DNA of 64,000 bases from Flaccisagitta enflata (lineage: Eukaryota): the NCBI GenBank assembly GCA_965153355.1, contig OZ231126.1, forward strand, positions 47,492,001-47,556,000, read 5' to 3'. The position numbers and the translations under genes were made by a program. Positions 1 to 12,951 of this stretch are shown here, one piece after another. The notes beneath the pieces were generated by a model. The model was not told where the DNA came from. It saw only the letters and a list, made by a program, of their open reading frames with translations, and did not search any database. Position 1 is the first letter of the stretch. Every line of letters begins with the position of its first letter.

Positions 1-486
1 CATTTTTTTCCTATTTTTGAATTGTATTGGTTAAATCTAGTTTATATCATGGTGAATATACAAAAAATTTTGAATTATTCACAAAATTTGAAGAGTTATG
101 CACTTTTAAACGTTAGCACGAGGTATTTCAAAAACATTAGAAATGCTTATAAAATCACTTAAAATTGGAATTTTTGAATAATTTTTAATTTTTCATGTTT
201 ATTAGAGCCTAATACAACATATCCAATTGAAAAAATCCAAAATCCCAAAAAATATTTTTTTGAGATTTTTCAACCCTGAGGGGCTACCCCACCCCACCCC
301 CATGTCTCTGCTCAGGGGCGGAAATTGAAAAAAACCCTCTGATGACCCAAAAAGTATTCCCCCACTGACTTTCCATACCAAATTTCATGTCTCTACTATA
401 AGTGGTTTGGGCTGTAGGGTGGGGTGGGTTAGAAAGTGACATATAGCATTTTATAATCCATCCGAACCTGTAAGTTGCATCTCCGT

Positions 487-685
<199 letters not shown>

Positions 686-1587
686 GTTCCTGTACGGAAA
701 AAGTTATTGCACAAAAAGTTTTTTGTCGGCTCCAGATTTTTATAAAGAGTGAAATTTGAGGAATTATTGTTTCATTTTAAGGGTGCTTTCTACAAATTAA
801 CAGCGGGTATTCACCACGCATATCTATAAGTATGAGCTGAATAGCTGGTTTGTTGGTCTTCCAGTCTTTTTGTCAGCTGTGCTTGAGCTGAAAAGTTTCA
901 AAGACACACGCTTTTCCTATGACCTTTATGCAATTGAATGGATAGAGCAAATTTAGTAACTGACCCTGCTCAAGTGCCTCATTCTGTCAATATCACTGCT
1001 CCTGTCTGGCCACACAAACTTTACAAAGAATGCACAAAGAGTGCACTGGTTTGAGGAAACACCATTCATCAGTGGGAAGAGCGAGTTTAACCAACATATC
1101 TCTGGCTGGGCAATGTGGGCAGGATCAGCGATATAGCCCATCTTTAAGGTGAATAAAACACTTGAACAGGGGCAGTGAGGCCAAAAATAAGTGACAGTTG
1201 GATAAACATCCCACCATTGCTGTATATAAAGTCTAGTGCAAAGAAATTGCATTTCAGTGTTTTTCAGAATTTCAACAACAACAACCACCTTGGTGCGGAA
1301 CGCTGGAAATTGATCTGAGGTCATTTTCCTTGAAACTGAGGGAATTTAGTGAAAAGTGGGTGATATTCTGAGCCACTGCGATGCCTGGAGAAAATTGTTT
1401 GCCGAACAAGCCCCCCACCCAACAATAATCGCCACCCTCTGTATTTGGCCCTTCTTCATTTCTGCACCGCTTGTAGCCTCTCATGAGTCTGCTTTGATTG
1501 CTTCACTTTGTTTTATTTTTTAGTCGCGTGCTACGCGACTCTATGAACCGCTATGTCGGTCCGTCGGTCCGTCGGTCGGCCCGTTGG

Positions 1588-2114
1588 CAGTCAGCGGACA
1601 AAACACAATAGGTATATATATCACTCCGTTGGTTTTGATTCAACCCACTGATGCTGAACAGAATGCTGTAAACAACAACTGGTTGTTGAAATTACAGCCG
1701 GCTGTTAAGTTACAAAGTTGGCAAAAATCCAACTTTCACCAAATAGAATGAGACCTGCAGATTCATAATCCTGATGAAATTCTGGGAAGTTTGATATGTC
1801 ACAACATATACTTTTAAATAAAAATAAAAATTTTTATCAATGTTTAATTTAATTATAATGCAATGCTAAAAAAATTATATCTTACAAAAAGTGTTAAGTG
1901 TGACATATCAAACTTTTCAGAATTTCATCAGGATTATGAATCTGCAGGTCTTATTCTAAATGGTGAAAGTTGGATTTTTGCCAACTTTGTAACTTAACAG
2001 CCGGCTGTAATTTCAACAACCAGTTGTTGTTTACAGCATTCTGTTCAGCATCACTGGGTTGAATCAAAACCAACGGAGTGATATATATACCTATTGTGTT
2101 TTGTCCGCTGACTG
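1588..2114. mobile_element. Foldback MITE, CAGTC...GACTG termini, 4-bp TSD TTGG
   Basis: Arms of about 220 bp are near-perfect inverted repeats; TTGG at 1584-1587 and 2115-2118. A second family member lies at 14622-15147. Confidence 0.92.
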
Positions 2115-2244
2115 TTGGTCACTGTTTGCTTTATTGGCAATTTTGGGCGTATTTTGCATTACTGCTCCTGCTTTAAGTCTTTTAGTCTTTTAGTCTTTTA
2201 GTCTTTTAATCTTAACGACCGAACGCGACTTGTAAGGTATTGGC

Positions 2245-2550
2245 TAGGGTGGTCATGAAATAGGGTCAAATTTCAAAAAATGATATACTCTAGTTTTTTG
2301 CATGAATGTACCAAAAAAGAAGGTTTTCCCACAAGCAGAGGTCTGAATTTGAAGATCAAACCATGTCGGCAAAACTATAGGCTTCCTATGGCAAAAAAAA
2401 AGTCCCATAGTAAGCCTATGGTTTTGGCGACAAGGTTTTCTGTTTGATTACACACCCCAACTTGTGAGAAATCCCTCCGTTATTGGATATTTGTGCACAA
2501 GGCCTAAGTATATCAATATATGAAATTTGACCCATTTCCCAACCACCCTA
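2245..2550. mobile_element. hAT-like MITE
   Basis: TIR TAGGGTGGT/ACCACCCTA; 8-bp TSD GTATTGGC/GTGTTGGC (1 mismatch). The empty site GTAAGGTGTTGGCCTTGTT is seen in the related HINE near 45845. Confidence 0.85.
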
Positions 2551-2770
2551 GTGTTGGCCTTGTTATTTTTCTATTGGCTTAGATTATGAATCACCTCTTT
2601 TTCTACTGGCTTACATTATAAAAAAGTGAACAAATCATTCCTTCTTTTTCACAAAATAAATCATAATCATTTTTTGAGAATGGAAGTTACTTTGCTGTTG
2701 TAGAACGTTCATTTTGTATTGTTGAGTACATCTTTCCCTCTGTCTCTTCTCCTATTTCTTTCTCATTCTT

Positions 2771-2810
2771 CGCCTGAAGAAGGTGGATGTAAAGCCATCG
2801 AAATATCGCG
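2771..2810 (+). ncRNA. Minimal type I hammerhead ribozyme (Penelope pLTR-type)
   Basis: Stem I CGC/GCG, core CTGAAGA plus one extra A, stem II GGTGG/CCATC, GAAA, palindromic ATAT mini-stem III, predicted cleavage after C2807. Confidence 0.7.
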
Positions 2811-3583
2811 TATTTATTTTCGCATCAAGTTGTATGTCAATTTGTACTCAACAATACATAATCATTTTTTGTTTGTTCTTCAGTTTTCATTTTGACATTA
2901 GATAACTAGAAACAAGGAAAGGTTTTTAATATTGAATTCGAATGAGTGAAAGAGGTGGAGAGGAAAAAACTAACTAGACATCCATGTCCAAGGATCCATG
3001 TCCAAGGATCGCACATGCCCAGCAGTACACTGCTGAACATAAACTTGTACCTTTTCAGGAAAACAAGCTGTGATGGAGGGGCATAGGTAGGTCAGCAGTC
3101 CTCAAGAGCTCGGCCTTGTACTTGGATTATCCAAATTTTAGTAGAAACAATAGAATTTGGTGGAGGATATATGGTGTAATGGTTACCATTCTTTCACAAT
3201 GATGAAACCTCTTTTGCCATATTGTCATTTACTTTTGGTTTCTCTTTTAATCGATCTTATTTATAAATCATTGTAGTGAAATGTAAGGTTGGATTAGAAT
3301 GAAAGATAATTTACTGTATTGAAGAGAATTCATTTAGAATTCAATTAAAGTTACTTACAGATGCTGCCGTGTTAAGAAAAGATCCCTTTCTCAAGGCCAC
3401 AAGACCCAGCCATACGATACAAAGTTTCAGCCTTTCAGTCCAAATCCCAGCCAAAGGACCCAACCACGGGGATAAAAAGGCCCAAAAGGTTCATAACTTT
3501 TTATCCCCCGTGTTAACTACAGAACATCGACCTTTTGGGGCTGTTGTACAAAAAGCTTATAAACCGACACAACCTAGATCAGT

Positions 3584-3590
3584 GTATAAA
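3584..3590 (+). promoter_or_regulatory. Probable TATA box of the Cys-ladder gene
   Basis: GTATAAAAG about 85 bp upstream of the ATG at 3669. Confidence 0.55.
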
Positions 3591-3668
3591 AGACGATTAT
3601 TTCCAAATAATTTTCCCTAACGTTCTACAACAAACTTCATTAAAGAACTCTTTTTCCTGATGTCGATC

Positions 3669-4741
3669 ATGAACAGCGTAGTTCTTTTGGCTTTCTTTGC
3701 TGTTTCAGCAATTTACGCCGTCGATGCCAAGGCCGTCAATCATTCCCTAGAGGTAATTAATTAGACCCTTGATTCAATTTGCAACTCAATTTGCAACTCT
3801 CTTTGCAGCATTCACTGGATTATGGCAAAAAAGCGGCAACTTTTTTTTTGATCAATTCTGAGGCCATGTATTACATAAGGCTCTTGTCCTTATTTTAGAT
3901 ATTGTTGAGCAGTAATGTTGTCCAACTTTCCACAATTTGGACTCCCAATGCATACCGACTTGAATAGGTCGCAATGGTTAAATGGGTATAATGGTCAATT
4001 TCTCTCAAAGATGATTACAAAAAAATTCATCATAATGACACGGATAAACCATTACTTTGTAGATGCGTCACTGCATCGTTTAAGCGGTCATATTTTCGTG
4101 AACGTGCCCTGGTTTTGATCCTTGATGTAACTATTTGCTATACCGTAGAATTCGTCAACTGTGTTATATGAATTCTTTACCACCCTTGGTAGGAACCAGC
4201 GAAGGACATCTGCAAGGAAGTCTGCAAGAATCATCCCAAGAAAGTCTGTAAATTGGTGCCAGTTCAAAAATGCCGAAAGGTTCCGAGAGAAATTTGCGAA
4301 ATAGTTTGCAAAGAAGAATGTGCAGAAGAATGCAAAACAATTTGGGAGCAAGTATGCAAAACGACGGCTAAGGAACATTGTGAGATCCATCCAAAGAAAG
4401 TCTGTAAAAAGGCGCCGGTTCAAGAATGCCAAAAAGTTCCAAGAGAAAATTGCCAGAAAGTCTGTAAAGGAGAAGAATGCGCTGAAGAATGCGAAACAAT
4501 TTGGGAGCAAGTTTGCAAAACGATGATCAAGGAACGTTGTGAGATCCAACCAAAGAAAGTATGTAAACCGGTACCGGTTCAAGAATGCCAAAAAGTTCCG
4601 AGAGAAAAATGCAAAAATGTCTGTAAAGGAGAAGAATGCGCTGAAGAATGTAAGACGATTTGGGAGCAAGTTTGTGAAACCACAGCCAAGGAAAAGTGTG
4701 TGATGACCGGGGAAGAAAAATGTGTCAAAGTCTGCCCATGA
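3669..4741 (+). CDS. Secreted Cys/Lys/Glu-rich repeat protein, about 210 aa, 28 Cys
   Basis: Exon 1 3669-3752 (MNSVVLLAFFAVSAIYAVDAKAVNHSLE, signal peptide, donor GTAATT; alternative in-frame ATG at 3660). Exon 2 4193-4741 follows TAG in phase 0 and encodes three 52-53-aa repeats with CxxVPxxxC-type motifs. Confidence 0.9.
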
Positions 4742-5133
4742 AGAATATGCTGTTCGCATTTTTCTGATATATGTTAAGAAGAAGTTATCTAAACTCAGTA
4801 CACAATGTAACATTAATGCGTTCTTGAATGCTTGAACGATGGGATATCAAATACTGCTTAATAGCTTCTATTTGTTTTTTTAGATATTTTACTTTGTATT
4901 GAAATAATGACGTTATTTCGTTGAAATACAATGTGTTGTAATCTGGTTATAAAGTGTCGTGTCTCAAAATCTTAAGAGTAAAATTCTGTAAACTTTTTTT
5001 ATACAAGAACATCATTTTTTTTTCGAAGCCTTCATAAAAGATAGAGATAGCTACTATTGAAATAACTACAATGTTCTTGATTTCAGGGCATTTTGAAGCC
5101 TCAATGGTCTATTAAACTAGGTTCTTGTAAAAG

Positions 5134-5275
5134 AACAAGGCCAAGTAGGCCAAAAGGTGCGACGTGTTGATCGTCGAACGAATGCGTTACCGACCAACCG
5201 ACCGACCGACCGACCAACCGACCAACCGACCAACGGACACAGCCAGTTATAGAGGTGCTTTGTCGCACCTGAAAA
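5134..5275 (-). mobile_element. HINE-like element, AGGTGC-hairpin subfamily
   Basis: Reverse complement of the copy at 63245-63372; further copies at about 28752-28863, 33780-33890 and 46776-46872. Confidence 0.75.
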
Positions 5276-5329
5276 GATTGTATGTCATATGGGAATGATT
5301 CCATACCTTCTGAAACAATGCTAATATTC

Positions 5330-5420
5330 ATGAACGAATGAATGAATGAATGAATGAATGAATGAATGAATGAATGAATGAATGAATGAATGAATGAATG
5401 AATGAATGAATGAATGAATG
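5330..5420. repeat. (GAAT)n microsatellite
   Basis: Tetranucleotide run; others at 52295-52702 and 60030-60142. Confidence 0.95.
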
Positions 5421-5798
5421 TGGGAAGGCAAAAGAGGGAATAAAGGTGAACACGGATAGAGTGGCTGTTTACTAGAGTTATGACAAATACGTGACCCGCT
5501 GACCAACCAACCAACTAACAAACGGAGAAAACTTCTTCTATGTGCGATGACGCACAAAGTCGCACGTAGTAGGCTGTGGGTTGCGTGAGCCTTTTACATT
5601 GGGAAGATCGGATGGATGTGAGGGATATTTGGATTAGGCCACACTGTTCAGCACACTCATTTGGTACTCTTTCTTGTCACTGGCACTTGTAGCAAACAGG
5701 TAAAAATTACTGATTTTTTTCTGTTGATGGGATTGTTTTTTTGAATAATTTCATGATAATGCTAAGATGGTCTTAGTTGTATTTGACTATTAGGAATA

Positions 5799-6669
5799 CA
5801 GTGGGAACCCGATTTAACGACCTTGAAGGGACTGAGGAATTTTGGTCGTTAAATCCGAGTGTTGTTAAATCGAATTTATAGTTTTAGATATATTTAGTTA
5901 AGATAGTTTTGAAATATATTTTCATATGTTTGTATATGTACTCACCATAGCATTTGTGTAACTGGCCAACAAACCATCACATAAGCTAAAAGATAGCCTC
6001 TTTTAGTATTAGTATGACATATTTATATGAAAAGTGGAACAAAATACCTCACTATATCCAAACTGGAATAACTGGAAGAGAGCCTTATAAACCCTCATTG
6101 AATATCAGATGTAATGAGTTTTATATCAAATTGTTTCAAACAAAATTGATTTCAAACCTCTTAGTCCATGGCATCATTTTTAGTCTGGTGCTTCATGACT
6201 CTACACCTTATATTGTCTGTTTGTCCATCCGTTGATTGACCTATGGTTTTTATTCTTTGATGATACTGCTCTTGCCTAAATGCTCTAGTGACCTCAAATA
6301 GGGCCCCTGCTTACCAGCACGCGACTGGGGTAGCTGTGTATCCGGCTTTGTTATAAAATGTCTTCATGTTTGACCTCATGTTTGACCTTTTTGTATTTTT
6401 AGAGTATATTAAAACCTATTAGTATTGAAATAAAAATTTTAGGTCACAGAAAATTATCAATTATGAGGTTGATGTCACTAAATCAGGTTACGGTCATCCA
6501 TGGGACTTAAAAATAGTGACTTTAAATCAGGTTTGGATGTTAAATCAGGTGTTGTTAAATCGAGTAGAATTAACATTACAAAAGCCTGTAAAAATTTGGG
6601 ACTAAAGAAACTTGGCTGTTAAATCCGAAATGTCGTTAAATCAGGTGACGAAAATGCGGTAGTCCACTG
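5799..6669. mobile_element. pogo/Tigger-like MITE containing a degenerate HINE (about 6177-6352)
   Basis: TA|CAGTGG...CCACTG|TA, with repeated subterminal GTTAAATC motifs. Confidence 0.75.
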
Positions 6670-6770
6670 TAGTTGTGATGGGTCCGGATTAAACACCATT
6701 GAGAGCTCCAAAGGCTCTCATCCTTAAGTAAGATAGGGTTGAGTAGTAATGTTGTCCAACTTTCATAGAT
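6670..6770 (+). repeat. Dispersed repeat of unknown class (3 copies)
   Basis: Matches the reverse complement of about 46272-46370 and partly 3878-3935 (shared AGTAATGTTGTCCAACTTTC). Confidence 0.7.
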
Positions 6771-6934
6771 TTCAGTACCATGGTGCAAAATGCCGACGAT
6801 CCCAAATGGTTGATTCTCGATTCTTGCCTGTATGGTATGGTTTTTAACAACATTGCCTTTGATATCTAGATTATCTTTGGATAGCTACATCATCATTTGG
6901 TAATTTGTTTACTATAAATATTAAAGATATGCTA

Positions 6935-7529
6935 ACAGGGTGTGCAAAATTATCCGGACTTGGCAGTTACTTTTCTTAAAAACCCTGTAGAAAAAATGAT
7001 TTTTGAAAGCATGAGGGGTAGATATATAAAAATATGTTTTTTAGCATTCAAAAGCAAAATTCACAAAGAGTAGAATAGTCAGAAACAAAACTTTACAGGT
7101 AAATCTAACTAAGATAAAACACTCCTTAAAAAGATTCATTAAAAAAGATAATAAAATTCTATTATAGTTTTTCTTGTCCTTTAGGCCAAGTCTATTTGCT
7201 TTTGTGAGCTCTATTGATGTTGATTTAACTTACCTCCCTCAGCATAGTGTGTCTCAAGCTATGAAAGCCACTATGGGTAGTTACAAGTGCAAGAATCTAT
7301 GATTTTGTAACCTATTTTACCTATAAAATAAAATCCTATCAAAATCAAAATCTTTGCTTCAAATCATTTACCTCCCATAGTGACAAGGGCTTTAGAAAAG
7401 ACCTGCAATCAATTCTAGCCTCTAGTATATCTAGCTGGGGTACTCTGACTCAAATTTTGTAGTGCTGGGTCATTTTCAAGTATGGTTTTCTTTCTATGGA
7501 GCAAGTCCGGATAATTTTGCACACCCTGT
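6935..7529. mobile_element. Tc1/mariner-like MITE
   Basis: Perfect TIR ACAGGGTGTGCAAAATTATCCGGACTTG, flanked by TA on both sides. Confidence 0.85.
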
Positions 7530-8746
7530 TAACTACATCAGATCTTTTATGTTTTGGGTTGACATGGAATGTTTGAGGGAATGGTCTCAATCATTGGAAA
7601 GGATTTTGATTCTATGCTGTGGGTTGCATGAGCCTTTTACAATGGGAAGATCAGATGGATGTGAGGGATATTTGGATTAGGCCCCACTGTTCAGCACACT
7701 CATCTGGTACTCTTTCTTGCCACTGGCACTTGTAGCAAACATCTGATGTCCCGCCTAGGCTATGACTGCTTCCATTTGGCGCAATGACAGTTTTCTGAGT
7801 TCTGAAATGAATTTTGCCAAGACATGTCAACGCAGATTTTAGCGCAATTTTTTTTTCAGCCATTCAGTTGATATCATTAATTCTTCCTGTTCCAGAGCTC
7901 AATTTTAGGCAAAACGTTTTCAACTGTAGTGAATTCGGGACTTAATGGGACAATCATATGTTTGTTGATATAAAAATCCATAATGATATAGTAAAACAGT
8001 GTTATGACTTGCATGTTGATAAATGCGTTTTCGAAAGCAGATTCTCCTCGGATTTTTCTGTATTTTCAAAAAAAGGTGGTCATTTTCAAATCGCGCTCAT
8101 TTATAAACGCTTTGAGCTACAGGAATGGGATTGTTCCCAAATGTTAGAACTTTTGAAGTAGTTTCTGAATCTCACTAATTTTTCCTACTTATCATTACCT
8201 AAACTGTATTTATTACTTCTTGTAGGTGAACGAAGACTTATTCTCTAGGTAGCAATGACCTTGGCTTATGTAAAACATCAGGTAATTTTTCATAAAACTG
8301 CAAGAGATAGAATGTGATACTCTGCTAGTTTTGTAATGCTAAGCTTTTACTTTCCCCCACTAGAGCTTTTTCACTGTAGTAAAATTTTAAATCAGAATTG
8401 CGGCAACTTTCCCTTAGTATGTTCTGTAACTATAAAAATCAACATTCGTTTTGTTCCTTCCTCCTGATAAAATCTACTGTTCACACGATGATAGCGAGGC
8501 AGGAAAGGCCAAGGAAGGCGACAATCGCAGGCGAGCACAAATATAAGTTTCCTATTGATCGCTGTAACCAGATGAAACTAGGATGGATGGAACCGGCTTT
8601 CAGTTCCGAGCATTGAAATCGATTCTTTTGCCCTGACAACCACTTTTAACGCAGAATATTTGTGTCTATTTCAAATTGATGTTCCAGTTGCCACTTACAA
8701 TTATTCAGGGCGGAGTATCTTTGAATAAAGAAGAAGAATCCTTTAT

Positions 8747-11338
8747 ATGGCCTTTACAATGGCTTTCAGATTGGCAATCATTGTAGCCATCATTTGCATC
8801 TCGAAGGAAGGTGCCGCCAACTGGGGTAAGTACTAAGTAGAGTAATTCTACGATAACATTTTTGTGCTCATACCGTGAGGGCATTACGTTATTACAACAC
8901 CCACTCGGAAGCCTGACATGGGAAGAGTTTGTTGACAGCGAAGTCAAACTTTGTCCGACGCTGAAAGCATTTTCCCTCAGATGCTCTTGTAATGAGCAAA
9001 TTCTAATTTGATCTCAATTTGGATGAGTTCCCTATGTAGCTTATATCTTTATTGCACTCACTTTTTTCTCAGTAAATCTTATTAGTTGCGGACACGCAAC
9101 TCTATAAGAGGCCTTGTCCATCCGTTGGTCCGTCCATTGGTCTGTTGGTCCGTCGGTCCGTCCATGGACACGAGTCGAAAAGTGGTCAATGATCCATAAT
9201 TTTTTTTTCTTTTTATCGCCCCCTCTCCCTCCTATCCGTTTGATACCCTCCCTCCCCTTTCCCTTCTCGACCTTCAAGCATGTTCCTCTTGGTCAGTATT
9301 CCGACCACCCATTTATTATTCTCCTTCCGTTGGTTGGTTCCGATCAATTTCCATCCCAATGCCATTAATGCTATGATAATTCCGACCTTGTTGACTTTTA
9401 GATCACTACAAACAAGCCGTCGATGGAAACTTTTATCACTTCCATGCAACAAAGAAAGCGTGGTCTGATGCAAAATCAATCTGCATTGCGGAACAGAAAG
9501 GAGCGCGACTCGCCATCATCGACAACGAAAACTCCCTTCAAGTTCTCAATGACGAAAAGATCGCCCATCTCAATGACCCATTGGGGGGCTCTGTTAGCAA
9601 CCAGTAAATGACAGATGCCAAATCCTCATCTTGACTATATCAGAAACACATCTGAAATGAGTCTTTTGATACAATTTGGTTTACATATTCTATAAATCCT
9701 GAAAAAAAAGTTTCTACTGCGGTGTAAAAGAAAATGATAGTCGTGATAATGATTGTAATAGTCGCAAAAGCGTTAGATGGTCAGCGGTACCCGTGCCCTG
9801 CCCTAGTAGGTTGTGCTTGAAGTTGAAGGGGAAGCAGGGCAGCGGCTCCGGAGGGGTCGATGACCAATGCTTTCACACATATGGAGAATTTTCTCCTTCT
9901 CCTCCTCCTCCCCCGTCTGCCCCCCCCCAGCTTCGAGGCCCAAATTCTAGTCCCGAGACCCAAATCCCAGTCCCATGGCCCAAATCCTTTCCAAAAAGCC
10001 CAAATCCTAGCCTCAAGGCCCAAATTCTAGCCGGGAGGCCCAAATCCAAGCCTTGAGACCCAAATCTCATTCTCGAGGCCGGGATATGAACCTTGAGGCC
10101 TCATGGCTGGGGTTTGAGCCAAAAGGATAAGACTTGGGCCTCAAGGCAGGGATTTGGGTCTCCAGGCTAGAATTTGGGCCTTGAGGCTAGGATTTGGACC
10201 TTTCAGATAGGATTTAGGCCACGGGACTGGGATTTAGGTCTCGGGACTAGAATTTGGGCCTCGAAGTTAGGGGCGGGTACGGAAGTAGGAGGAGAAGGAG
10301 AAGGAGAGAATTCCCCATATGTGTGAAAGCATAGGTTATCGACCCCTTTGGGGCCGCTGCCCAAAAAGGACAAAGATATTTGTTACTTTGGAATTTTAGT
10401 CGCGGACACGCGACTCTACCCCTTGCCGTGTCCGTAGGTCGGTCGGTTGGTCAGTCAGTCAGTTGGTCGGTGAATAACTTTTTTGAAATCCGAGCGTTTT
10501 TTACATTACTGCACCAACCGTCCGCGAATGGATTGCTGTGCATCTGGCCTTTTTTTTCCTTTGTAAAGAAACTTCATGTTCCAATTCCAGGATGTTCTTG
10601 GGAGCATCGGATGCTGAGAGTGAAGGAAAATGGTACTGGATGGATGAAAATGATGCAAAATCAGATGGATCATCTATTCCATGGAGCAGTGGTCAGCCGA
10701 ACACGGCGAAGAACAAAGACTGTCTGGTTTCTGTGCCAAACACAGCGACAGGCACAACTGAATTGCATTCCGGAGGTTGTTCCGGAAAGAGATATTTCTT
10801 GTGTCAACGACAGCAGAAAAGTAAGTAGTAACAACCATGAAATGTGCTAAAACTTGGATTAATCTATGTCGTTGAAATGTACATTTGGATTTTTCGTCAA
10901 AAAAAAGGATTTTTTTTTGAAAATAACATTTGAACTTAATTCTTCATTTAACCAACTCAGAACCATGTGGCGCAAACGGCAAAATAACAACTGGTTTGTT
11001 CGCCAGATTTGAACATGAAAATCAGCAATTGAAGAGTTTTGATGTCTTCAGGTAGAACAATGTGATTTAATGACTATCACATGGAGCACGAAACTAATGT
11101 CCTGTTGGGCTTGTTGTGGAATCCCTATGGATACTTGACAAATTTTTATACCTTCATTCAATCATTTCTTCCTCCATACCCAACAACTTTTCATTTATTC
11201 ATCCATTCATTGATTAGGTCGGCCTTTGATCACTTGAAATCTGGTGGAAGCGTTCAGAACGAGAATTGTGACAAAATGTTGGTGAAATTGAGCGCGTCAG
11301 TAGATGAGGTTCACTTCTCGTTCATCGGGGAACATTGA
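8747..11338 (+). CDS. Secreted C-type lectin A (QPN motif) with C-terminal extra domain, about 240 aa
   Basis: Exons 8747-8825, 9402-9603, 10591-10820, 10961-11051, 11218-11338; all GT-AG, phases 1,2,1,2, total 723 nt in frame. Signal peptide, W..A...C....ARLA, FLGASD...EGKWYW, W..GQPN...C, C......LC. Confidence 0.92.
9758..10367 (-). mobile_element. HINE-like family 2 (GGGCAGCGGC long subterminal IR, central ~21-bp tandem array)
   Basis: Inverted arms of about 65 bp flank GCCTCAAGGCCCAAATCC-type repeats. Related copies at 23726-24488, 31570-31977 and about 51357-52207. Confidence 0.7.
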
Positions 11339-11535
11339 GTCTGAGAGGAGAAAAGATCAGAGCAAATCCTGAGGTGGTTCATCATCCCAAGAGAACATTC
11401 GATGGGATCATTTGGCAAATAACTGTTTCATTGATATCAAGTTTACTTATCGTTAAAGATGGTCATTTGATTTGATACACTATGACAAGTGACACTATAC
11501 CCAAACTGGAAAATATGGAAGGCGGCCGTGTCAGC

Positions 11536-12040
11536 CAGGGTACGACAAAGTGAGGGAGCACGGGAGCATTGCTCCAAGGCAGCTAGCCACTTTGTAGGCA
11601 GGAGAGAGAAGAGAAAAGAGGACAAAAGAGGAAAGTGAAGGCAAAAAGTCAAAAAGCCAAAAAAGGAAAAAAAAAGACTTTTAATAGAGTCATAAAACAA
11701 GAAAAAGTCATAAGTCAGGATAGTTCAGTGGGCTAAAAAGTCACACAGTAATTGTTTTTTTTTATAATTTCTCATTAAGAGAGTAATTTTTTTATTTTTA
11801 TATTTCTTATTAGAACCTCAGTAGTTACAAACATTATGAGTACATATCACTCATTAATGCCTGGAGATTTTGAATTCTAGTTCCTGCCTACAAAATTTGT
11901 GCTTGATTTTCTTATTGTATATATATATATATATATATTGACTTTATTGTATAGTTATTCATCAGAATGCGCAAATTTTATAACCAGGAACCATATGAAA
12001 GATTTTGCTTGTAAGCAGCAAAGAATTTTGTCGGACCCTG
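11536..12040. mobile_element. hAT-like MITE
   Basis: TIR CAGGGT(A/C)CGACAAA; TSD GTGTCAGC/ATGTCAGC. The empty site is visible downstream of lectin B near 16524-16535. Confidence 0.88.
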
Positions 12041-12386
12041 ATGTCAGCCCTCATTGACTAGTTACTACGCGCATCACCCTCAGTTTTCCTTTTAGCAAAA
12101 CTAAATTAGCAAACATCCATTCTGAGTCTCACCAAATCTTACCGAATACATAAGGGCAAATGATTGTTACCTGTGTAACCAAAACTTTGTAATAACTAAG
12201 TAATAACCGAAACTATTTGATTATCACATCGTAGAATGCTAATCCAAATAAATACCTTCTTACATGACTATTTTTCTGTACTGTGTTTATTGTGATGACA
12301 GAAACGTTAGGCGCAGCAGTGTCAAAACAAGGCCAACACCTATAAGTCGCGTGCGGACATGAAAATCTTTATTGACCTGACTCCCT

Positions 12387-12590
12387 CCACCAGTTTCAAT
12401 TCAAGCCCACCAGTTCCTTTTCATGCCCACCAGTTTCTTTTCATGCCCACCAGTTTCAATTCAAGTCTTGGTGCCCACCAGTTTCAATCAAAGCCTTGAA
12501 AATCACTAGTTTCAATTCAAACCTTGAATTCCACCAGTTTCCATTTCAGCCTTGAAACCCACCAGTTTCAATTTAAGCCTTGAAACCCAT
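12387..12590. repeat. Degenerate 19-24-bp minisatellite (CCACCAGTTTCAATTCAAG core)
   Basis: About nine tandem copies of CACCAGTTTC-type units. Confidence 0.85.
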
Positions 12591-12951
12591 CATGAAGGAC
12601 TAAATCTGAAATTGTTGCTTCATATTGTGATACGGAGCCTCAAGTTCACCGAATAGTGGTCTATAAAGTAGCGTATTCGCGCCCAACTCGAGAGATATTG
12701 ATTTCGTTTGGTAAACTAACATGTTCCATTTTCTCTCTTATATGCAAACAACTCAAAATCTATTGAAACAAAAACTCTCAGAAAAAAAAACATGTACATA
12801 TGAATGAATGGAATCGGCTTTCCATTTTGAGCATACAAATCAATTATTTTTCCTTGACAATCACTGCCGCAGAATTTATATACGTGTTTATGAATTGCAC
12901 AGTTGCAATTCACTTTCATTCGAAGTGGAGCATCTTCTTGTGGAATCCCTC

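Larger units (their letters stand above)
1518..2564 (+). mobile_element. Helentron-associated (HINE/DINE-1-like) non-autonomous element, interrupted by two MITEs
   Basis: T-run, then hairpin AGTCGCGT-gct-ACGCGACT, (GTCG/GTCC)n and (AGTCTTTT)n tracts, a 3' copy of ACGCGACT and the end GGCCTTGTT. Same layout as the uninterrupted copy at 45541-45864. Confidence 0.7.

Noticed and set aside
953..1484. Complex-looking minus-strand ORFs (123 and 70 aa)
   Set aside because: No recognisable motif or splice structure; possibly decayed TE sequence, but unassignable by eye.
4088..4813. 241-aa minus-strand ORF
   Set aside because: Antisense shadow of the repetitive Cys-ladder exon.
10821..10828. Lectins ending at the stop just after exon 3 (KSK*, KSKQS*, ESKHQ...*)
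   Set aside because: A conserved A|GTAAG donor in all three paralogs and two conserved downstream exons give a better model; short intron-retained isoforms cannot be excluded.
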